64,000 nt of DNA from Octopus vulgaris (lineage: Eukaryota), in contig OX597825.1 of the NCBI GenBank assembly GCA_951406725.2, positions 33,418,001 to 33,482,000 on the forward strand, read 5' to 3'. Position 1 is the stretch's first letter; every line of letters begins with the position of its first letter. Below the pieces are notes generated by a model. It did no database searches, had not been told where the DNA came from, and saw only the letters and a list, made by a program, of their open reading frames with translations. The position numbers and the translations under genes are program-made. Positions 56,011 to 64,000 of this stretch are shown here, one piece after another.

Positions 56011-56228
56011 GCAGAAACGTTAGCACGCCGGGCGAAATGCTTAGCGGTATTTCGTCTGTCGTTACGTTCTGAGTTCAAATTCCGCCGAGGTCGACTTTGC
56101 CTTTCATCCTCTCGGGGTCGATAAATAAAGTACCAGTTTCGCACTGGGTCGATGTAATCGACTTAATCCCTTTATCTGTCCTTGTTTGTCCCCTCTATGT
56201 TTAGCCCCTTGTGGGTAGTAAAGAAATA
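56011..56228 (+). mobile_element. SINE family B
   Basis: Inverted homologue of 55548-55768. Confidence 0.9.
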
Positions 56229-56442
56229 TATATGTACACACACACATACGTGTACTGATACAAATATGCGTAGTATCATAGACTACTATATAAATAATAA
56301 CGGGGCAGCTTGATTAACAAATAGTGGGTAATGCGTTGTCAACGTGTGCATATTTCATCTAACGACAGAACATTGTTCTGGAACTGCTTGGTAACCAGTT
56401 TTCAGAATTTTTTTTTCTTTTTCCTTGACAATCGAAACAGTC

Positions 56443-56450
56443 TGACGTCA
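56443..56450. promoter_or_regulatory. Full CRE palindrome TGACGTCA
   Basis: Exact motif within CpG-retaining unique DNA; half sites near 56600 and 56764. Confidence 0.35.
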
Positions 56451-59400
56451 TTTGACTATATTTCTTTTGAAAAGTTGCTTTATCTTTCAATCTACAACTA
56501 AATCATAAATAAATATTTTCTCTCTCTCATCCCCCCTGCTTATCATTATTGTCTTGTTCTATAAAACTACTAAAACAAAAACTCCTGGCAGTTATTCACT
56601 GACGTACGAAAATGAATCGATCTCTAATTACTGATACCACAATTCCGACTTCACACACGCGCCCAAGAACAGGCATACCTCAACTTACGTCGTTTCTAGT
56701 TACGTTGTTTTCGATTTTACGCCTCCGTTTTTTTTTTGTTTCCAAAGAAAATATAATCCTCAAACGTCAGTCGAATTTATCTGAGTATATGTCAGTCTCA
56801 GCGAACATTGAAAAGCATAGAAATAATAAAACACTTGAAAACCAGCACTGAAGTGGAAGATTTAAAAAAAGATAAATACGTGATAATATGTAGAAACCAT
56901 TTATTCAAATAGATACAGGCTATTAAGTTCTTTTTTAATGCTTTTTCCTTTCTGGTCGTTTTTCGTGTTACGTCGCACAACCATTTATCGACGTATGTGT
57001 GTGAGCTATAAAAATATGTTAACACGTGTTTATCAATTGGTTGTTTCGCCCCCGCTTGAAACTTGACTGAGCAAATTCTATGGTGAAAGATATGGCATCA
57101 CAACTACCCTCAAACATTGAATATCTAGAATTATTACATTATCCTCTGTGTATGTTTGTTGTCAAGACGGTGCGGTGTAAACTGGGCAATATTTGGCTGC
57201 TGTTTTTAGTTCGAGCGAACGTAAACACGTAGGTCAGTCATAGATAACCTGTGGCCCTCGGGGCTTTCTGAACGGCACGCCTGTCGAAAAACTACCTTTA
57301 ACTTTTTAGTTTGCGTCCGCCTGATGATGAGCTGTGTCTTATACGACCCACTTCTCGAAAAAGGGCTACCCGCACCTGACATAGGGCGTTCTTAGTTGGC
57401 TCCTGTTGCCATTTTACCACAACTTATCTCTGAATGGATGAATTGACTTATGGACCCAGTGCATTCCAGCCATGACCACGACCATGTGGAGTTTCTTTCA
57501 TCGAGGCAGCCTCTATTTTTATTTCGAGTTTCATTTAAAGGTTATATGCCAATATATATATGTAATTTGACAGGCTAGCATTATCACTTACAAATAAAGT
57601 GACACAATATCTTCTATCGGTTATTCCTATTCAGTGAATAGACTTGAGAAAATGTTATATACATTACTATTCTATTACTTATATGGTGACCGTTTTTCTA
57701 ATTATTATTCATTATTTTTCTCTTCGTATTTTTTAAGGAAATTTTCAACAAGGAGGAAGGCATGTTAATTAATCACTTATTGCGGTTTCGTATTTGTTAT
57801 ATCTGTCTCCATTTGTGTGTGATGTGTACATTTACACACGCACATATCTCTTGTACATTTGTTTAGTTATCTCATTTGCTGGAGAAAAGCGAGGACTACT
57901 ATTGTGCTGTTGACGTTTATTGACGAAGGAACGTGTCGGTTGCAGTCCTCTTGTCTCCAGACAATCAGTCTGTCTTTTCTTTAATGGCATAGCTGTTTTG
58001 GGGAGATTCTTCCGATTATCTCCCTTCCCCATTTGGTCCCAATTGCCATCACGTGATTCTTTTACCTTCCTTGGAAGTAGAGGTATACCTTCATTCATCT
58101 TTTTTTGTTCACAGACACATCTCTGGCCATACAGTTATATCTATTCATTTTTGTATATAACTCTCTTTTCTTTTTTACTTGTTTCAGTTATTGGACTATG
58201 GTCATGTTAGAGAGTTGTCTTGAAGGGTTTGAACAAATTGACACCAGTTTTTATTTTTTTAAAGTTTGGTACTTATTCTGTTAGTCTCTTTTTTCCAAAC
58301 CACTAAATTATGGAGACATAAATGAACCAACACTGGTTGTTAAATGGTGGGGGAGATGACCACAAAGATGTGTGTGTGTGCACACACAAACACACACATA
58401 TATGACAGGCTTTCACAGTTTCTGTCTACCCAATTAACACACAAGTGATTTGTTGAGGCTGGAGCTACAGTAGAAAACATTTGCCTTAGATCCTGCACAA
58501 TGGGACTGAACCTGAAACCATGTGATTGCAAAGTGAACTTCTTAACTACACAGCCATACTTATGCCTATATATATATATATATATATATGCGTGTGTGTG
58601 TGTGTGTATTGAGAGAGATATATGCACTAAAACTAACAGACAGACAGATCATCATCATCATCGTTTAACGTCCGCTTTCCATGCTAGCATGGGTTGGACG
58701 GTTCAACTGGGGTCTGGCAAGCCCGAAGACTGCACCAGGCCAGTCAGATCTGGCAGTGTTTCTACAGCTGGATGCCCTTCCTAACGCCAACCACTCCGAG
58801 AGTGTATACATATGTGCACTAGTTACACCCATTCACAGATATATATATCTGATGTCACACAGTGGGGCTGAACCCAGAACCATGTGGTTGGGAAGCAAAC
58901 TTCTTACCACTCGGCCATACTTGCACCTGTGCATGAGAATTTTTTGTAAGACAGACACACTTGGTTTTAATGTATGTTGAATCAGAATCAACACCTGCAA
59001 CCTCATCATCATCACTTAACCTCTGTTTTCTGTACTGGCATGGGTTGGATGGTTTGACAGGAGCTGGCCAGTTGAAGGGCTGTCCAGGCTCTCTGTCAGT
59101 TTTTACATGGTTTCTACTGCTGGATGCCCTTCCTAACGCCAACCACTTTACAGAGTGTACTGGATGCTTTTATGCAGCACTAGCATGGAACCTTGGAAGT
59201 GCCTTCTACTCTAGCCTCAAACTAACCAAAGCCTTGTGAGTGGATGTGGTTGGTGGAAACTGCAAGAAACCTATCGTGTGTGTGCATGCCTTCATTTGTT
59301 TCCTGCCACCATTTGTCAGTCCCAGAGAGTTTTTCTCTTGAGCATCCTGATGAAGCCATGTGAACAGGCATTCTGGTAGGATAGTTTACACTGAACACAC

Positions 59401-61496
59401 CAAGGGGCGCTTGTTGATTATTAACCTTCTATTAACGTTTCATTAGCACTTGTAAATGGCAACTAATCTATGTCAGTGAAGTACCATAGCAGCTATACAA
59501 GTATTTTATGGTGTTTTTTATTGTTCAGTGACATTCTAAATAGGAAGATTTTATGAAACCATCCTCGGTTTTATGCTACAAACTTCCTGTTTTAAAGTGA
59601 TCTGAATTAAAATTACTCATTAAAATTTCATATTAATTTATATTCCTAGCATCAGCTTAAAACACGATAAAGTTATTTTGTCTATATTGTTCATTATTTT
59701 CTAAATTAATTGAAATCTTTTTTTCTTCTCTTGAGACAGCATTCACCCGGGGTGGTTTGAGCTGGCTTAATTGAAATAAAGATGGTTATTTCGACAGATA
59801 TTTAGTAGTAAAAGGGTTAAGATGACATCTGGTTTCGGAGCATTTTTTCAAAATTTAAATTGCACTGTATATATACTATAATTCTTCAGACAATGCCAAG
59901 GAAATGCTGGTATCTTCATAATAGAAAAAACACACACTTGTCAAGCAAGTGTTGTTAAAATGTTAAATTAGTGATGAAAGAATGTCCTGAAATGAACTGG
60001 AAAATCTGATAGAGTAGCCATGGCTTTGTAGTTAAGAAGTTCCTTTTGCAACCATATAATTTTGGATTCAGGCCTAGTGTGAAGCACCTTCTGCAAGTGC
60101 TTTCTACACTAGTTCCAGGTTGTCTAACGCTTTATGAGTGAATTTGGTAGACATTAATATATATATGTGTGTGTGTGTGTGTGTACAAACTGTGCCAAAG
60201 CAGACACCAGAGCATGATGCTGTCTTTGGACCTGTTGGATCCAGTAAAACCATCCAGCCCATGCCACCATGGAAAATGGACGTTAAATGATGATGATGAT
60301 GATATATACAAAGGTGCGGCTGTATAGGGTGCAGACATGGCTGTATGGCTCAGAAGCATGCTATGCACATTTCCCCAGATTACATATTTGTGGGAACATC
60401 ATCGTCGTCATTGTTTAATGTTCGTTTTCCATGCTGGCATGGGATGGATGGTTTGACTGAGGTCTGGAAAGCCAGCGTGCTGCACTTGGCTCCAGTCTGA
60501 TCTGGCAATGTTTCTACAGCTGGATACCTTTCCTAGCGTCAACCACTCTGAGAGTGTAGTGGATGCTTTTTTGTATCACTAGCACGGAAGTCAGTCAGGC
60601 AGCCCTGGCATCGATCACATTCGGACGGTGTAAAATATTTATAAATTCCATTCAAGGATCATTATTGTTATTATTATATTTATCCTACATTGTATTGGCA
60701 CAGCTCAGTGCAACCACCAAAAGCTGGTATCACCAGCTGGCATCATTGCGCTTCAGCAGGCATAATAGAATACAAGCTTTTATATACATATTCAAAACGT
60801 TTCCCCATAAATGAAATTAATGGATATATATATATATATACACACATGTACATGTTTGTCTGTCTATATATACATACATACACTCACAAACATTTCATCA
60901 AATAGCTGGATTATCTATAAATTACATACTCACATATAGATATAATTTCAATTCTGCCTGATACCACACTGCTGCTAGTCTTGTGTTGTTGATTGTTGGC
61001 ACCCTACCTCTTGATTCAGAGCTTGAACCACCCTTGGTTTGAAGGTTCTTTCTGGTGTTCACAATCAGTAATCAACTGTATATTGAACTCTGTATTTTAC
61101 TCCTGTAGAGAATAAACTAATAGCAACATTGTTTCTGTACATTAATATTTATGCAACAATCTCACTTGCATATATATATATATATATATATATGTGGGTG
61201 TATGTGCACGTGCATGTGTGTGTACTTATATATTTAGGCGCAAACATGGCTGTGTGGTAAGAAGTTTGCTCTCCAACTGCATGGTTCCAGGTTCAGTCAC
61301 ACTGCATGGAACCTAACCAAAGCCTTGTGAGTGGATTTGGTTGGTGGAAACTGCAAAGAAACCTATCGTGTGTGTGTGTGTGTGTGTGTGTGTGCATGTC
61401 TTCATTTGTCTCCTGCCACCATTTGACGACCAATACTTGTGTGTTTACATCTCTATAACTTAGCAATAGAATAAGCACCAGGCTTTAAAAATAAGT

Positions 61497-61625
61497 AGTT
61501 GAAATTTACAGAAAAACCAAAGACGAAGACAGGTGTATAAATAACAAAACAGGTGTATTAGTTTAACACTCGGGAAGGTGAGAAAGTCTTTAGAAAGGAA
61601 CAAGAGGAAATAAACAGAGAGAGAA
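61497..61625 (-). mobile_element. Short element homologous to 25370-25530, lacking the hammerhead core, nested in SINE A (61243-61722)
   Basis: Flanked by an 11-bp duplication TAAAAATAAGT (61486-61496, 61626-61636). Confidence 0.75.
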
Positions 61626-62414
61626 TAAAAATAAGTCGTGGGGTTTGATTTGTTCCACTAAAATTCTTCAAGGCAGTGCCCTGGCATGGCCACGGTCCAA
61701 TGACTGAAACAAAAGATAAAAGGCACACACATGCGTTCAAGTTTAAGTATGCATGAATTTTTTTTTAATGAATGGATTGATATCTATTTATTTATCTATA
61801 TCTTGTTCCATTTTTTGCACCAACCATCTTCATGTTTTCTCCACATTTTTTCCTTATTTTCTTACTGTCCGGCATGCTTGTTTTTTTAAAAAATATATAA
61901 ACAAAGCCTGAAAGCTTGCTTTAAGATACATGGCCTACTTTAGAAATATGCCTGTTCAAGTATCATAATAGTATGAAACTAATAGTTGCTCTTCTGGTTC
62001 TGTATTTAATTTGATATATATATGTGTGTGTGTATGCATGTGTTGTGTTTGCATTAATACACTCACACAAGTTGTATGCTGTATGGCAGAAACATTCAAG
62101 ATTTATCTACAGATATTGAATTGATAATAATAATATCATGCACACATACTCAAGTAAGGCAGATACTCACTATTATCGGTCTCTCATCAATTTCAACAGA
62201 TAAACATTTCATTTGTCTCATCAGCGGTACTACCTTCTTATTGATTGAGTTGTATAAGTGGTTGAATTTTCCCTAGATACATCTAACTCTTAACATACTG
62301 AATCATTGTGTCACTTTATTTGTAAGTGATAATGCTAGCCTGTCAAATTACATGTGCAGTGCATTTGATGTTTTTTTTTTCACAAATTATACCATCCCAT
62401 CACACACATACACA

Positions 62415-62730
62415 CACCATCATCATCATCATTTAGCATCTGCTTCCCATGCTGGCATGGGTTATACAGTTTGACTGGAACCGGTAAGCTGGAGAGCTGT
62501 ACCACATTCCAGTCTGATTTGGCATGGTTTCTATTGTTGGATGCCCTTCCTAATGCCAACCACTCCTAGAATGTAATGGGTGCTTTTTATGTACCACTGG
62601 GACAGGTGCTGTTATGGGCCACCGGAACAGGTGCTTTTATGTGTCACTGGCATGGCTGCTAGTTGCATGACACCAGCATCAGCCATGACTACAATTTTAC
62701 TTGGCTTGACAAGTCTTCTCAAGCACAACA
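62415..62730 (-). mobile_element. RTE 3' end including the ORF stop
   Basis: YVVLEKTCQAK* followed by 3'UTR repeats and a (GAT)n tail. Confidence 0.8.
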
Positions 62731-63614
62731 TATATGTGGGTGTGTGTGTACACACATGTATACATATACACATGGTAGTGTCTGGCTGTCTGTTGAGAGA
62801 AACACATTCTGCTGTCATATATATAATATAGCTTAGGAATGTGAAAAGTGACATTATTGACAGATATGTAATGCTTACCTGACCTAAGAAGGATCCACTT
62901 CACATCAAAGTTCTTGGTTCTGTTCTTAAACTGCAGATCCACATTTTAGCAAACAATACTTCAGTACATGTACTTTTAGGGTCTCCTTCATTTTTGCTCT
63001 TGGGGATCCTGGGATCCTTGCTCAATAGGTGCAAGGTACCAGTTCCAAACATTCTGCATTCATTATTGTTGGCAAGGTAGCAGAATCATTAGCATATCAG
63101 ACAAAATGCTTAGTGTCATTTTTTTCCGACTCTTTACATTCTGAGTTAAAATATTTCTGGGTTGATAAAATAAAGTACCAGTCAAGTACTGGAGGCAATG
63201 GTATCCACCAGTTTTGTTCCTCAAAAGTACTGGTGTGCCAAAATTTGAAGCAGTTATTGTTAGTGAGGGAAAGATGAGGAAAACTTCACCTTCATAGCAG
63301 ATAGTGATATCAGGGGAAAAATGCGATGTCTCCCATTATTCCACTTTGTATGCTGAAGCTGAAGATCTGCTGCACTACGCTGGCTCTTGGTGGACATTGT
63401 CCACAAAGTAAAGTATTGATTTGGCAAACATTGACAGACCTCCCTTGTAGTTAGTTGACAGTTGTAAGTCAGAAAAAAGAGTTAGTATTGATGATGCCAT
63501 TAAGTATTCAAGTACATTTACAGTGACCACTATATATATACATTTAGAGTGACCACCAATACATACAACAATATGCACACATTTAGATGTGTGTGTGTGT
63601 ATATGTTTTTATTA

Positions 63615-63917
63615 TTTTATTTGTCATTTGACTGTGGCCATGATGGAGCACTGCCTTGAAGGGTTTTAATTGAACAAATTGAGCGCGGGACTTATTTTTC
63701 GAGCCTAGTACACATTCTATTGGTCTCTTTTACTGAACTGCTTAGTTGTGAGGACATAAACACAGGTGATGGGGGGGTGGGACAAGCGTCTTTCAGTTTC
63801 TGTCTACCAAATCCATTCACACGGCTTCTGTCGGCCCAAGGCTATAGTAAAAGACAAGGTGCCATGCTGTGGGACTGAACCTGGATCCATGTGGCTGGGA
63901 AGCAAGCTTCTTACCAA
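63615..63917 (-). mobile_element. SINE family A, degraded
   Basis: Reverse complement of the consensus. Further copies lie at ~36162, 39197, 42885, 53035, 55040, 55368 and 58160. Confidence 0.75.
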
Positions 63918-64000
63918 AATGTGTTGGTATTCCTTGCTAGGTTTTTTTTTTGTGTGTGTGAAGTGTATGTAATCTTAGACTTTTATTTGAAGTATCCATG

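Noticed and set aside
57832-58098. 88-aa minus-strand ORF in unique sequence
   Set aside because: No recognisable domain or splice support, so it cannot be called from sequence alone.

Overview
AT-rich, microsatellite-dense eukaryotic DNA. The repeat repertoire (tRNA-derived SINEs with internal (TA)n/(TG)n, RTE LINE tails ending in (GAT)n) looks like an octopus/coleoid cephalopod genome; this is an inference from recalled repeat families, not a database result. The only clear host coding sequence is the first coding exon of SNX27 (PDZ domain, 47691-47950, +), so 47951-64000 is probably its first intron. The rest is a TE graveyard: a decayed Penelope-like element (RT + GIY-YIG) bracketed by ~350-bp inverted pseudo-LTRs, RTE LINE fragments, Tc1, hAT and piggyBac-like elements with TIRs/TSDs, a Helitron 3' end and at least three SINE families. 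Most interesting: (i) several type I hammerhead ribozyme motifs, one with a pseudoknotted stem II insertion and others on short (TA)n-associated elements nested in SINEs, including a copy whose ribozyme core is cleanly deleted; (ii) a 247-bp, 96%-identical intronic fold-back plus a nearby inverted SINE pair; (iii) a CpG-retaining intronic domain with a CRE site and a C/D-box-like motif. Most ORF-track entries are microsatellite artefacts. All alignments and folds were done by eye, and repeat boundaries without TSDs are approximate.
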